Of a DNA stretch of 64,000 nt, positions 28,704-41,285 are shown in pieces (the first letter of the stretch is position 1; each line of letters begins with the position of its first letter). The notes under the pieces were generated by a model that did not search any database, was not told the DNA's origin, and saw only the letters and a list, made by a program, of their open reading frames with translations. This DNA is from Octopus vulgaris (Eukaryota), in NCBI GenBank assembly GCA_951406725.2, contig OX597818.1, positions 35,650,001-35,714,000 of the forward strand, in the 5' to 3' direction. The position numbers and the translations under genes are program-made.

Positions 28704-29449
28704 GTACAATATCATAACAACTATAATAGTAACCAAAAGGATATATAATTCAAACAATATATCAAACCATGTTTTTCACTTAGTACACTAATGCAAGTAG
28801 AACAACGCAGCTCATTCGTTAGGTTAGACTGGTATGTAGGACCATGTTTATGGGTCATAGCCTTTATTATGGATATTTTCCCTCAATAGAAACTTCCCGG
28901 TGAAAATATTCGGATTGACATGCTCATTCCATTTGCGATTTTATTCTTAAAGAAAGGCGAAGAAATGTATATGTAGGTTTTAGTTTGCGGTTATACACAA
29001 CAAGGATGTAGGCATCAATCGAAAGAGGCTCTCATATGAGGATATGTAGATTATTTTTTAGTCCACCGCTAATGTAACGATTTTTCCCAAAATATACCAA
29101 TTTCATGCATATACTACAGATTTCCGGTAGGGTGGAATGGATTTGAAGGGTGAGTTGGGACACCCCTAAAACAAGAGAAATACTTCGATTTCTCTCATAA
29201 ATATGAGTCTTTGGTTTGAGGGTTTAAATACAGGTAAACTAGAGATACAATATTATGTCAATAATACTATTGTATTATCGACGAAAAATTTGGTGAAAAG
29301 AGAAAACAAATAGAAAACGAGAATATTCCTCAATGCCAATCAATAAAATGTTTGTGTTTTTCAAAACTCAAGATATTTATCACCTTTACAATGAAGAAAA
29401 TGTAGCCTTAAAATCAATTCTTATGCGACCAGGAATAATTATTGATCCG

Positions 29450-30260
29450 TCAAGCTGACGTCATTGTGTACAATGGCATTGTGGCTTCGGCATTTAGAAA
29501 CAACGTGTTTAATATTCCCCGCCAAATAAAGATGATTTCATATTCGAACAAAATGTGCCAACTGGTAACCCACTTCTGCTTTTAAAAAATCATTAACTCC
29601 AATAATCGCAGAACAGCTGTAAAACGAATTAGTGATACGAAAATTTAGCTTTATATATACTGTGCATGTCTTAAGATAAATTGGGTACACCAAATAAGAA
29701 ATGTTATGAACTAAACATGCAGCTAAAAGACTAACAGAGATCTGTGCAATTACTAAAGGTTAGTCTACGAAGTAGTGTCACAAGCATCACACAAGAGCGC
29801 ATCTGCAATAACATTAAGCAAAGGCTCAAAGCTAACGGAAGATTTTGTAGTGGAGTAGTAAGAATGGGTATCACATTTTTTATTCTCATTTTCCAAAATT
29901 TTGGCAAGTTACTGCGGTATATCGTCTGTTTATGATTAAGCGATACTCATTTTTTAAAGCCATTTTCTCCATTTTCTTTACCGTAGAATGATTTTTCATA
30001 GCAGCCATTTTAATTAAAACAAACCTCGATGATGGCCTCAGAAGCGTACGTTTTGACAACAAACGGCATATGCTCGTCTACTTGACAGACTTCAAAACAG
30101 CAGCCTACAGCTTCCTCAAAGAGCAGTAATTGAGCACTAATTACAGGTTAGTTTTTCAGAGAAGTGATGAATCGATCAAGAATAATAAATGAACAGACCC
30201 ATAACCTGACATAAGGACCATTTATTAACAGGCACGGGCATTTCTTTAATTGGAATTACA
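29450..30260 (-). pseudogene. Gypsy LTR retrotransposon pol remnant (RNase H region)
   Basis: Minus strand at ~30085-30000 translates VDEHMPFVVKTYASEAIIEVCFN*NG, matching the Gypsy RNase H motif PFxVETDAS..A...LNQ.G. Confidence 0.5.
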
Positions 30261-30959
30261 CATGAGGTGTCAGGACGTAATTCGTTATGACTAATTTTAC
30301 AACACAGAATTTTTTCAAAAAATTTTACATTCATCATTATTCACTGCCATATTAGATTCGCGAACAAGTTTTAAAAATTTAGATAATTCATGTTTCTGTT
30401 CCGCTTTCGTCTTTCCACCAATGGTGCTTTCATTTAAATAGGAGTACGCGCTTTTAACGCGTTTTCACAAATAATATTTCTATAATATTTTTTAACACGC
30501 ATCACTGTTTCAAAACTAATGCGATCAAACTGGAACAATTGTCCTACCACAAAAGCGTTAAAATCCTTGTTATTGGAATGCAATGCAACACAGTCTAGTT
30601 ACGACGTATGTCGATAATACTGAATTGTTTGTTAAATAAATGGTTAAATATGGGCAGTGAGAAACCATGTGTGTGGATGAATTTGTTAATAATTTAGGGG
30701 CAAAGAACTACTAACCCACTTTTTACTATAACCGTTAACCACAAGAACCTCGCCAGATTGTGTCTCTTTACTCGATGGTAGTTTCTTCCAACACTTTAGT
30801 CTTTTTCAATTGAATTAGCTCGGGATGAGATGATCTAGATTTAAAGAAATTTCGTAATCACAGGTTTGATATTTGGCCATATTGAAGAAGTTTCTTGGTG
30901 GTTGAAACCTTAGCGAGGGCACAAAGCAAGCCGGCAAGTTCAGTTGGCGGACACCGAAA

Positions 30960-31704
30960 AATAAATAACGAACGTTTTCATCTTTCTTTATGTCTACCTT
31001 AACGATTTTGAAGTTACAGTGTAATTTGAGTTCCTGAAGAAATCTTGTTTTCATGAACACTTTTCGCGATCACTTATTTGGAGATGTTGACGTAAATGTT
31101 AGAACCTTACTCGTTGACCGAATGAAAGCGGTATTAGCTTATTTACAGTTAAGTTAGTACAGCTAGAAATAATTTCAAAGGTTTCTGTGGAAATGGAATT
31201 GGCTGGGAGACTCAGGTAAAAGTCATTTGTTCTTTCAAACGTTGATTATATTCCGCAAAGATAAACAGCTAATATTTCAGTATATCTCAAGTGGAGGCGC
31301 AATGGCCCAGTGGTTAGGGCAGCGGACTCGCGGTCATAGGATCGCGGTCCCGATTCCCAGACCGGGCGTTGTGGGTGTTTATTGAGCGAAAACACCTAAA
31401 GCTCCACGATGCTCCGGCAGGGGATGGTGGTGATCCCTGCTGTACTCTTTCACCACAACTTTCTCTCACTCTTACTTCCTGTTTCTGTTGTACCTGTATT
31501 TCAAGAGGCCGGCCTTGTCACTCTCTGTGTCACGCTGAATATCCCCGAGAACTACGTTAAGGGTACACGTGTCTGTGGAGTGCTCAGCCACTTACACGTT
31601 AATTTCACGAGCAGGCTGTTCCGTTGATTCGGATCAACCGGAACCCTCGTCGTCGTAACCGTCGGAGTGCTTCCATATCTCAAGCACCAGAAGCCGTCGC
31701 ACCC
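30960..31704 (-). pseudogene. Gypsy gag remnant copy A, interrupted by SINE T
   Basis: FLQELKLHCNFKIVKVDIKKDENVRYLF resembles Gypsy gag (FL..LK.L...CNF..V....DE.IRD.F). Duplicated at 33108-33556. Confidence 0.5.
31292..31674 (+). mobile_element. Full-length tRNA-derived SINE family T with 10-bp TSD
   Basis: A box TGGCCCAGTGG and B-box-like GGTCCCGATTCCC. TSD ATATCTCAAG at 31282-31291 and 31675-31684. Confidence 0.88.
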
Positions 31705-32176
31705 TTAATCAGTAGCCAAATATTTAAGGTAAATAAGAATAAGTTGCACGAAAAAATATATTTGATCGTGTCAGTGGCCTTTAGTTTTATGGTTAGTTCA
31801 TAATATTGTTTGATGTACTCAGTTTAGATGAAGGTATTTTTGTTCATAACCTTAAATCGTGCACAGCATATATAGAAATCAATTTTCATATCACTGACCC
31901 TTTTGATTTCTTTTATTAGGTACAATGCCTAAATATAGAAAGGACAAAACAAAAACAGACAAAGCAAAAACTTGGGGTACATGAAAACAGATATCGGATA
32001 AATTATGTGTATAATGAAAATGAGAATGAAATGGCTTTCCTACCCCACAAAGCAGGTAGTTCCATTTTACTGTTCTTGTATCACATATTAACATTACAGT
32101 TCATTATTCTTATTTTGCATCGTTTTTTTTTTTGTTTTAAAAGTTATTATTTTAAATATTTCATTTTCACAGTAAA

Positions 32177-32559
32177 TCTCTCTATATATAAACGGCAGTT
32201 TGTCTGTGCGTGTTTCTGTGTGTCTGTTTTCTTGTACCCTCACCCTGACCACGACTTTCAACCGATTCTGATGAAACTTGACACACACATAGCCCAATGT
32301 CATAATTCAAAACTAACGCAGCGAAAATTTCGAAAAGTTCCCCCAGTTCTGAAAAAAATCGATAAATTCGACATGGGGTCGAGAATCAGAAACACAAACC
32401 GCAAACTGTCTAGGGGACGCAACTCGACCTTTTTTAACTAAAAAAAAAATTTACCATCATTTTTTTCCATTTTTTTGCTATTTTTTGGCTATAACTCTCT
32501 AAAAATGCTTTATAGTTATTTCCCTTACAAACCTGAGCAACGCCGGGTGATACTGCTAG
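32177..32559 (+). mobile_element. Non-autonomous Helitron H1
   Basis: A|TC...GAGCAACGCCGGGTGATACTGCTAG|T; homologous to 1127-1484. Confidence 0.82.
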
Positions 32560-33107
32560 TATTCTATATCCTCAATTTATACCACTGATGGCATCTCATC
32601 GTATCGAACGTGTAACGGCGTTATTTCAATTTTTTTTACCAAATAGTTCCTTTAACCCTTCACATCTGTCTCTCTCGAGCAAGACCGCCCTGTCGTTCTC
32701 GGTACTCTCACTCCCAGATAACTTGACTCTAATTACATTTTTTTTTATTTTTGTAATAGTTCTCTCGATCTCTAAACTCTTTTTATATCAGACGCTTTTA
32801 ACAGAAGTTTTGCGAACAATCAAGTCAATGATGTTTTTTTTTTTTTTAGAAGAAAGTTTATATATAAGTCTTGCAGAGAGAACAGAACCGCTTACTAGCT
32901 GCTTCAAGTATCTACAAATATTTGAAAATTGTCATTTTTTCTATACACTTCAAACAAGTAGTATAGCGAGCTGATCATTGGGTACGATTACGTCGCGGAA
33001 CAATTCTCTTAGAAACAATACCGAGGAGGTGATGCTGCACAAGAATTATGGTCTCTTTTTTTTTTTCAGTTCTCACTAATGTCTGTCCACAGAGCAGAAT
33101 TCTATGT

Positions 33108-33556
33108 CTAAGAATTTATCATAGCTACTTGTAAGACACGATCTAAGTCAAAGGTTTTGTTTTCTAATAATCTGATTTGTATATCGGCTGGAGATATTCT
33201 GATTATGAATAAATAACGAACATTTTCACCTTGCTTTATGTCGACCATAACGATTTTGAAGTTACAGTATAATTTGAGTTCCTGGAGAAATCTTGTTTTC
33301 ACGAACACTTTTCGCGATCACTTATTTGGAGATGTTGACGCAAATGTTAGAACTTTACTCGTTGACCGAATGAAAGCGGTATTAGCTTATTTACAGTTAA
33401 GTTAGTACAGCTGGAAATAATTTCAAAGGTTTCTGTGGAATCGGAATTGGCTGGGAGATTCAGGTAAACGTCATTTGTTCTTTCAAATGTTGCTTATATT
33501 ATGCAAAGATAAACAGCTAATAAGTATGGCTGAAGTACCAGAAGCCGTCGCACCCA
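33108..33556 (-). pseudogene. Gypsy gag remnant copy B
   Basis: FLQELKLYCNFKIV...ENVRYLFIIRISPADIQIRLLENKTFDLDRVLQVA resembles gag IRD.FI.G....IRQRLLEN..L.L. Confidence 0.55.
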
Positions 33557-33699
33557 TATTGAGTGCTTCATATCATAGACTATATTTCATACCAATGATT
33601 GATGCTATTAAATAAAAGTAAAGTAATCAAAGGAGTAAGTCAGTTTACATCAGACTTTAATTTGATAAACTTTTTATTGATGAAATTGACAGTAATTTA

Positions 33700-35640
33700 C
33701 ATAGTATTTACAGAAACATCAAGCAGCAGAATCGTGTGGAGATTTAGCCAATTCTTAATCCTTATAATAGCATGAAATTATCACTTTGTCGTACTGAGTA
33801 AAGAAAATTCATTCTTAGCTGATCCGACCTGTTTTCTGCGTGGTCATCTGTATGATGGTCACTTAGAGGTGAAAGAAATTCCAGTTGTTAAAATAGATAC
33901 TTGTTTGCGGTAGCCTCCAGCTGAATTAACGTGGTTGCCCCTTTCCGTGGAATGGATACATTAATTCAGATGCCTATCCGGGAGAAAATATTAACAAGTT
34001 TGGTAAGGATATCAGCGAACTTGGAAGCGTACTGTTTAGGGCTAAAGAGGATTATCGTCGGACACGGTTGTTTGAAGCTAGGTGTGTAGATAGTTGTTAG
34101 TTGTTAGAAACAAAATAGGAAGCAATTATGTGCAACTTTATTTGAGGAGTGTTGATTATGAACTCAGTCCTTGTAAGGACTGGTTGCTAAGAAGATACTG
34201 TAATATCGGAAGAGGTATATTTGTCAAGTAGAAGATCCGACTTCAATCTAAAGAGAAGGTGATAGGCCATAGGATGAACGAAGGCAGCTTTCGATTTCTT
34301 GATGATTATATCGTGCAGGTTTTGCAGTACTCATTGAACATCTGATTTAAGAATGTGTTCTTTCGTTGTGTTGCGAATGTCAATGGACATATCGAATATG
34401 ATATCAAGGAAGTCGCTTAGCTATAGTTGATAGACAAAAGATAAATTACATTTACTGTTATGGATAGTTGCTATAGACATGAAGAATTAAGTTAATCTGT
34501 CATAAGGGTTGCTGTATGATAGGATCATACGAGGTGGTTTAGTTTATCAAACAATCACCAAACCATCCTATAGAGTGGAAACTGGAATGACGTAATGGAG
34601 GTAATGCTTAGTTGTAAGAAAATGTTTAATAGTATAGGCGCAGGAGTGGCTGTGTGGTAAGTAGCTTGCTTACCAACCACATGGTTCCGGGTTCATTTCC
34701 ACTATGTGGCACCTTGGACAAGTGTCTTCTACTATAGCCTCGGGCCGACCAAAGCCTTGTGAGTTGATTTGCTAGACGGAATCTGAAAGAGGCCCGTCGT
34801 ATATATGTGTATGTCTGTATATATTTGTGTGTCTGTGTTTGTCCCCCCCCCCCCAACATCGCTTGACAACCGATGCTGGTGTGTTTATGTCTCCGTAACT
34901 TAGCGGTTCGGCAAAAGAGACCGATAGAATAAGTACTAGGCTTACAAAGAATAAGTCCTGGGGTCGATTTGCTCGACTAAAGACGGTGCTCCAGCATGAC
35001 CACAGTCAAATGACTGAAACAAGTAAAAGAGTAAAAGAGAGTATTTATTCTGGGGTATGGATAAGTCAGAAAACTAACTTCTGGGAAGGGTTTAGCGTAG
35101 CCAAAGTTTTTATCAGTACGGAAGCGGTTCAACAGTAAAAATAAAACGCCGAGTGCATTGAGATTGTTTCTTACCTCTACTCAGATTAGTTCTGACCGAG
35201 CACGCCTATTGCCTGTAAATCGACGGTCGGCCACAGAGACTGATGATTCCAAAGGATAGTAGTTGAGACAGATGTCTCCAATGCAGGATGAGCGTTAAAC
35301 ATTTGCTGACGGCTGGAGAAGTTCGTAGAGCAGTTGAAAAGGCAGGTTCATATAAGAAACATTGGAAAAGAAATAGTGTGAGATTAAAAGGTAATAGACA
35401 TGAGCGAAAGGGATAATGAATCTTAATAGTCATGGATACTGTCTTGGCGGAAGAAGTTAGCTCTAAGAAGTTAGTTCTATTATAAGGTATATAATGTGTG
35501 TGGCTTGGATAGCTGAAGTATATTATAATTATAGAATCCGTGTTCCGGTGAGTTGTAGGTGTAGTTTCTATTTTGGCAGGGGATAGTCTACATGGTCATA
35601 TTTGAATTGATGTTCACCGATAAGAGCGTAGATTTCCCAA
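33700..35640 (-). pseudogene. Degenerate CR1/L2-like LINE remnant hosting later insertions
   Basis: Minus-strand LDIIFD (~34410) and HDIIIKKS (~34315) recall the RT motif LDISKAFD.V.HDLLLKKL. Heavily decayed. Confidence 0.3.
34636..35041 (+). mobile_element. Full-length SINE family C (reference copy)
   Basis: AGGCGCAGGAGTGGCTGTGTGG (A box), GGTTCATTTCC (B-box-like), ACCTTGGACAAGTG CORE-like segment, internal TA/TG microsatellite, tail TGACTGAAACAAGTAAAAGAG(TAAAAGAG). Confidence 0.88.
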
Positions 35641-35708
35641 AATATCAGCATAGCGTTATTTACATTATTTACATTTGACGGATATTTGTCCTCATCTTGA
35701 TTGTAGTT

Positions 35709-35754
35709 AACACAACGTTTCGACTGATATACCCTCCAGCCTTCATCAGGTGTC
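35709..35754 (-). ncRNA. Minimal type I hammerhead motif, left arm
   Basis: Minus strand: gacac-CTGATGA-A-ggctg gagggtatat cagtc-GAAACGTT-gtgtt. Confidence 0.75.
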
Positions 35755-35815
35755 TTGGGGAAATTTCGAACCTGGGTTCTCATTCCTAAGGTATTTTTCG
35801 ATGTTGCTGTTGTTG

Positions 35816-35881
<66 letters not shown>

Positions 35882-36016
35882 TCACTGCCTGGAATAGAAC
35901 TCGGAATCTTGGTTAGTAGCACGCACTCTTAACCACTACTCCATATGCCAACGGGCATATGACGTAGTGGTTCAAATTACCTTAGGAATGAGAACCCAGG
36001 TTCGAAATTTCTCCAA

Positions 36017-36062
36017 GACACCTGATGAAGGCTGGAGGGTATATCAGCCGAAACGTTGTGTT
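36017..36062 (+). ncRNA. Minimal type I hammerhead motif, right arm
   Basis: gacac-CTGATGA-A-ggctg gagggtatat cagcc-GAAA-CG-TT-gtgtt. Canonical core and palindromic AACGTT stem III. Confidence 0.8.
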
Positions 36063-36155
36063 AACAAACTTGACAAATACCCGTCAAATGTCAATAATGT
36101 ACATAGTTCCTCATCTCTTAAATATAGGACTGTATTATCAGCATAGCGATCATCT

Positions 36156-36305
36156 ATATTTATGTAATGTTTCTAAGATAAAAATATTTATGTGAAGTTT
36201 CTAAGATAAAAAATATTTATACAGTTTCTAAGATAAAAATATCTATACAGTTCCTAAAACAAAAATATTCATACAGTTTCTAAGATAAAAATATTTATAC
36301 AAATT
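36156..36305. repeat. 26-28-bp minisatellite, ~5.5 copies
   Basis: Unit TATTTATACAGTTTCTAAGATAAAAA. Confidence 0.85.
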
Positions 36306-37017
36306 CTTGGATTTATTTCAAGAGTTAAATTTTGACAATGTTATTGATAAAACTACCGCAAATATTCAGCAAGAGGTTTGCTCAAAAGGCGTTGCTCAGC
36401 AAGTGGTTTGGCTCACTGTATGAATCCCATTTTTTTAATTTACGTCACTAGTTTCCCTGAGAGAACTCGAACATTACATTTACCTTTCGTCGCATCGCTT
36501 TGACACGCAGTTTGTTTCTTTTTTTGCAAAATATATTACATTGAAACTTAGATAGTTAACAATTACTTTGAACAGTAAAATATCAAGCAGCGCGGTAGAG
36601 ACGTTTAACATCATGTACTAGCAATGTCTTTATTAAAAAATCCTTGATTTAACTCAACGAGGTTTTTGATGGCAGCTACACCTTGACGGGCTGGGAAAAT
36701 ATTCCACTTCAATTGCGCCAGCAATGTCCCTAACAATATTCCTTATCTGCTTCACGATAAACCTGGAGCCATAAATCTATTCAAAATATGTCATATTCAC
36801 TGTTTATGTTATGCTAACTATAAGCATGTATACTTCATCTCCACCATAACTGGACAAAATTTATCGCTTGAGTCTATTATAGAATGTTTACTTGGACTAA
36901 CATATAGTTTCTTCTTTGATAAATTTATCTACCTTACATTAAAAGTTTCGAGAGAAGACATCATATTATTTAGACTTACGGTAACATTTTAGATCTTTAA
37001 TACCGTTTCCAGATTTT

Positions 37018-37220
37018 CGCACGAAAGCCAGCAATTTTGAGAGAGGGGATAAGTCTATTACATCGACCCCAGTGCTCAACTGGTACTTATTTCATCGACC
37101 CCGAAAAGATGAAAGACAAAATCGACTTCGGTGGAATTTAAACACAGAACGTAAAGACGGATGAAATATCGGTAAGCATTTTGCCCGGCGTGCTAACCAT
37201 TCTGCCAACTCACCACCTTT
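37018..37220 (-). mobile_element. SINE M with tail B
   Basis: Reverse-strand core and head. Confidence 0.7.
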
Positions 37221-39687
37221 TTATTTATTTTTTAATTATATTTCCTTGAATTATATATATTTTTCGTTTCTAGAACAAGTGTATAGCACCAAAGAGAAAG
37301 GTGTGAACTCACATATAAGAATACGAAGATGTAATTAGAACACATAAATGTGTCTTCAATTCAGATATGAAAATAATACATCTGACGGAATGCTTTATTC
37401 AGAATACCCGAATTCCTTGTTGTATTGTAATTTTATTGTCTTTTCTTTTTCTCTCCTGTGACTCTATGTTTTCAGCTATACAAAAGCGAACATCCTAGAT
37501 TTCTGTTATGCCAGACTTATTTATATCTGTTATACGAGTGCAGACTAACAAAAAGAACAATAGCAACAAGCGCTGACCATGAAAGCAACAGTGAAAAAAA
37601 AATAACTTAAGAAATATTCTGAAGAAAGATATATATAGTGTGAGGAAGCATTATTCAATTTTCTACATAGAATTTCCCAGGTGTAAGCATTAAAAATCTC
37701 AATACTTATTGTGTTAGCAGCTAGTTCATGTTTACTTCAAGAATAAGTATGAGTTAACTCTGAAATGCCTTTGATAGGATTGTCCGTGAAATTTCTCATT
37801 CACACATTTAAACGCGAGGCATTTAACAAAGATTATTTTTTTCTTTATATTTTCTTATTAAACTATCGGAAATGATTGATGAGAACGAGAGAACGAAATC
37901 TGAATTCATTCCCAGTTCTAGAATTTTAGATTAATTCTTCAGCTACTTATTTTTTCATACAATTGTCCAATCATTTTATTTGATCTGACATTCAGTTATC
38001 TTTGTCTTTTCAGACGGATGCCAACTTTCTATCTAATTATTTTTCAGTCTACTTTCTTTATAGAGTGCAGACATAGTTGTATGATTAAGAGGCTCCCTTC
38101 GTAGTTAGGTGAATGCGAGCTCAATCACACCATGCCAAAGCCTTGTGACTGAATTTTGGTAGACGGAAATTGTGTAGAAAGATTTGTGACTTGCCTTTAT
38201 TTATTATGATCGTAAAAGAGGTAGCAAATATATCAGCTGTTCGTAATATAAAGTCATTTCTGTAGGGAATAGAGTTGCTGCGGAAATAATCGATTTTCTA
38301 TTTTTTAAAATGTTCATAGCAAACATTAACAACAAGCAAGCTTTCTTTGAGCAGCAGCTCAATAATCTCATGCCACTCCTTTTTATTTTACCAACTGTTT
38401 ACCAACTTGCCCTCCAATAAACGTCCAGGTAACCAAAATATGAACTTATTGCAACGATGCATGCATTAAATCTATGAAAATTGTCATTCCTCTTGAATAA
38501 TCAACCAGAATATACAGATACAAAAGTGGAGCGAGTGTTAGTAGTAGAGAAACTTTGTGAAGAAAGGAAGCTGTCTTTTCTGCAAGAAACGGTAAACCAG
38601 ACAGTTCACACTTGTCAGATATAGCATGCAAACAGATATTGCGAAAAACTAGTAATGTACCTGGGAACAATGTAGGTGTTTATAACCATTGCCTAACCTT
38701 TCAAGGTTAGATTTTTGTCAGACTATTGATGTAAAAACCCGAATGTCTTCAATACAACTCAGTTCTATCCATCTGCAGGTTTAGAAAGTAGGAAGTTTCG
38801 ACCAGACATAGAATCCTACAAAAACCACTGGCTAGTATGTATTTTCCTATCCAAGTACCAAATTTTTCTAGTTAATACTTCCAGTACTGTATCATATTAC
38901 CTTTTTATTTACTCAATAAATATATGTTTTTTTTCCATTTACAACCGCACGTTGTAGACATATTCTTTACCCATCTCGTAATCGATACATCCATTTCGTA
39001 TGCACTTTAAAACAAACCACTTATTCTCATTTCATCACTATGGAATCAGCTGTTTACTCCAGCTTCTATAACAAAAACATTTAAAATTTCGTAATGGAAA
39101 CAATATTTATTAATCGCATTTACCTTCTTCTATATTACTTGTTTAACATATTCATTCAAATTCAAGCTTGATATGCATTAAAAATTGTCTGCCTGTGTAA
39201 AAAGGCTGCAATTTATACACGAATACCCTTTACCGGATTCAAAAATATATGTCTGGGTGGTACATGCTGATTCAGTGAACTATACAAGCTTTCTGATTGC
39301 ACCTTGCTCCATTTTTCTGTCTTTCTCAAAGACGACTGAAAATTGAATCTTCAGATGCACAATTTCTAGAAATCAGTGACACTTGCAAGTATTCATTCAA
39401 GTTTGCAAGTCGGAAGATAAATTTCTACTTTCCATCTCTCGATTCATCGAGGCTTCAACAATGTATAAGGCACTGCTATTCTCCTGATTAAAACAATAAA
39501 AATAAGACAACAATGACAAAAAAGCAGTCAGTCGCCACATCAAAGTGGCTGTTTCGTTTTATTACTAGTTTAACCCCAGGCAGATTCTCCACCAGCTGGT
39601 TATCGGTGCGACTCTGCAACCTTTTACATACAATATATTATTAGCAAGGGAAGCGAATCCCTACTACCCTCTAGCAGGTAATGGGAT

Positions 39688-39734
39688 CGCGTGACTGACT
39701 CAGTTTCGAGCTATATCGCTCATCATCAGTTGCG
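39688..39734 (-). ncRNA. Type I hammerhead motif, left arm
   Basis: Minus strand: cgcaa-CTGATGA-T-gagc gatata gctc-GAAA-CTGAGTCAG-TC-acgcg. Confidence 0.65.
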
Positions 39735-39881
39735 AGCACCTGCATACCAGAGCGATAGCCAGAGTCCGCTAACGCTAACAAAATATTGTAAACAAAGTGA
39801 CCATCGGTCAGTGACTTGCAACAAGCAAATTAACTAATTGTAAATTCTAAAGAAGATATAGAGTAATAACTTTGTTTACAT

Positions 39882-40054
39882 AGGCGTAGGAGTGGCTGTG
39901 TGGTAAGTAGCTTGATTACGAACCACATGCCACATGGTTCTGGGTTCAGTCCCACTGCGTGGCACCTTGGGCAAGTGTCTTTTACTATAGCCTCAGGCCG
40001 ACCAAAGCCTTGTGAGTGGATTTGATAGACGGAAACTGAAAGAAGTCCGTCGCA

Positions 40055-40097
<43 letters not shown>

Positions 40098-40299
40098 ATG
40101 TGTGTGTGTATATGTTTGTGTGTCCGTGTTTGTCCCCCAACATCGCTTGACAACCGATGGTGGTGTGTTTACGTCCCCGTAACTTAGAATAAGTACTAGG
40201 CTTACAAAGAATAAGTCCTGGGGTCGATTTGCTCGACTAAAGGCGGTGCTCCAGCATAGCCACAGTCAAACGACTGAAACAAGTAAAAGAGTAAAAGAG
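39882..40299 (+). mobile_element. SINE family C
   Basis: Head, core, microsatellite and tail, with a small internal deletion. Confidence 0.85.
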
Positions 40300-40353
40300 C
40301 AATATACTATTGGCGTTAGCAGACTCTAGCTATCGCTCTGGCATGCAGGTGCT

Positions 40354-40400
40354 CGCGACTGAAGATGAGCCAAATAACTCGAAACTGAATCAGTCTCTCG
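40354..40400 (+). ncRNA. Type I hammerhead motif, right arm
   Basis: cgcga-CTGAAGA-T-gagc caaata actc-GAAA-CTGAATCAG-TC-tctcg. Confidence 0.65.
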
Positions 40401-40927
40401 ATCCAGATACCTGCTAAAGGGTTGTAGGTGTTCGCTCTGCCTGCTAACAATGCATTGTATATAAAAGGTTGCAGAGTTGCATCAATAACCAGCTGACGGA
40501 GAAACTGCCTGGGGTTAAACTGGTAGTAACACGAAACAGCCACTTTGATGTGACGACTGATTTTACTTTTTAGTATAACTACTACTCTATCTCTCTTCTT
40601 GAGATTTTACAACTATCCATTTTGGGATTTAGTGAAACTGATTCGCAAAATATTCAATTTTTGAAAGGAAGTAAAAAATCTGAAAATCGGCTATGATAAT
40701 GTAGTCTTCCAGTCTCATGGGTATGAAGGTATGATGTTGTGGTGAAAAAAATTAGAGGGAAAATTTACAGAGGTTTAAAATCGGAAAAACTGTATTTCTA
40801 GCCAATAGCGAGACAAATTTTCTGCGTTTAGCGGAGCGGTGTCAACTTTAAGGCAGTATCCTGTGGAATTTATAGTTTAGCGTCTCTGAAATAACCCGTT
40901 CATTGTAGGTTTCTAAATAAACGGAAA

Positions 40928-41285
40928 TCTTTATATATAAAGGTCAAGTTGTGTGTCTGTCTCCTACGATTTAGATACCGGGTATCTTATAGTCGTGATT
41001 CATATCGAGCCCTTCTGGGTATTAGCGCGCGTCTACGATGAGTCTACGATTAAAAAAAAATTACCATCATTTTTTCCATTTTAATGCATTTTTTTCGCTA
41101 TTATATAAGGGAAGTAATTCTCTAAAAATGTCTACGATGAGTCAACGATTTAAAAAAAAAATTACCATAATTTTTTTTTTCCATTTTTAAAGCATTTTTT
41201 TGCTATATTTTGGCTATAACTCTCTAAAAATGCTTATATAGTTATTTCCCTTACAAACCCGAGCAACGCCGGGCGATACTGCTAG
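40928..41285 (+). mobile_element. Non-autonomous Helitron H2 (H1 3' end, different 5' body)
   Basis: A|TC...CCCGAGCAACGCCGGGCGATACTGCTAG|T. Internal ~100-bp tandem duplication starting GTCTACGATGAGTC. Confidence 0.8.

Larger units (their letters stand above)
35656..36135. mobile_element. Fold-back tRNA-headed, hammerhead-containing retroposon with 13-bp TSD
   Basis: TSD TATCAGCATAGCG at 35643-35655 and 36136-36148. Inverted arms centred near 35951. tRNA-like head at 35877-35949 (minus), (TAA)n, and an HHR in each arm. Confidence 0.8.
39528..40571. mobile_element. Diverged inverted-repeat HHR element (arms 39528-39788 and 40300-40571)
   Basis: The ~260-bp arms are clearly reverse-complementary but diverged. 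Each has an HHR motif. A SINE C sits in the spacer. Confidence 0.7.

Noticed and set aside
31292-31370. tRNA-like heads (also at 4912, 34636, 55200, 55465)
   Set aside because: They continue into multi-copy bodies and tails and lack a proper acceptor stem; SINE heads, not tRNA genes.
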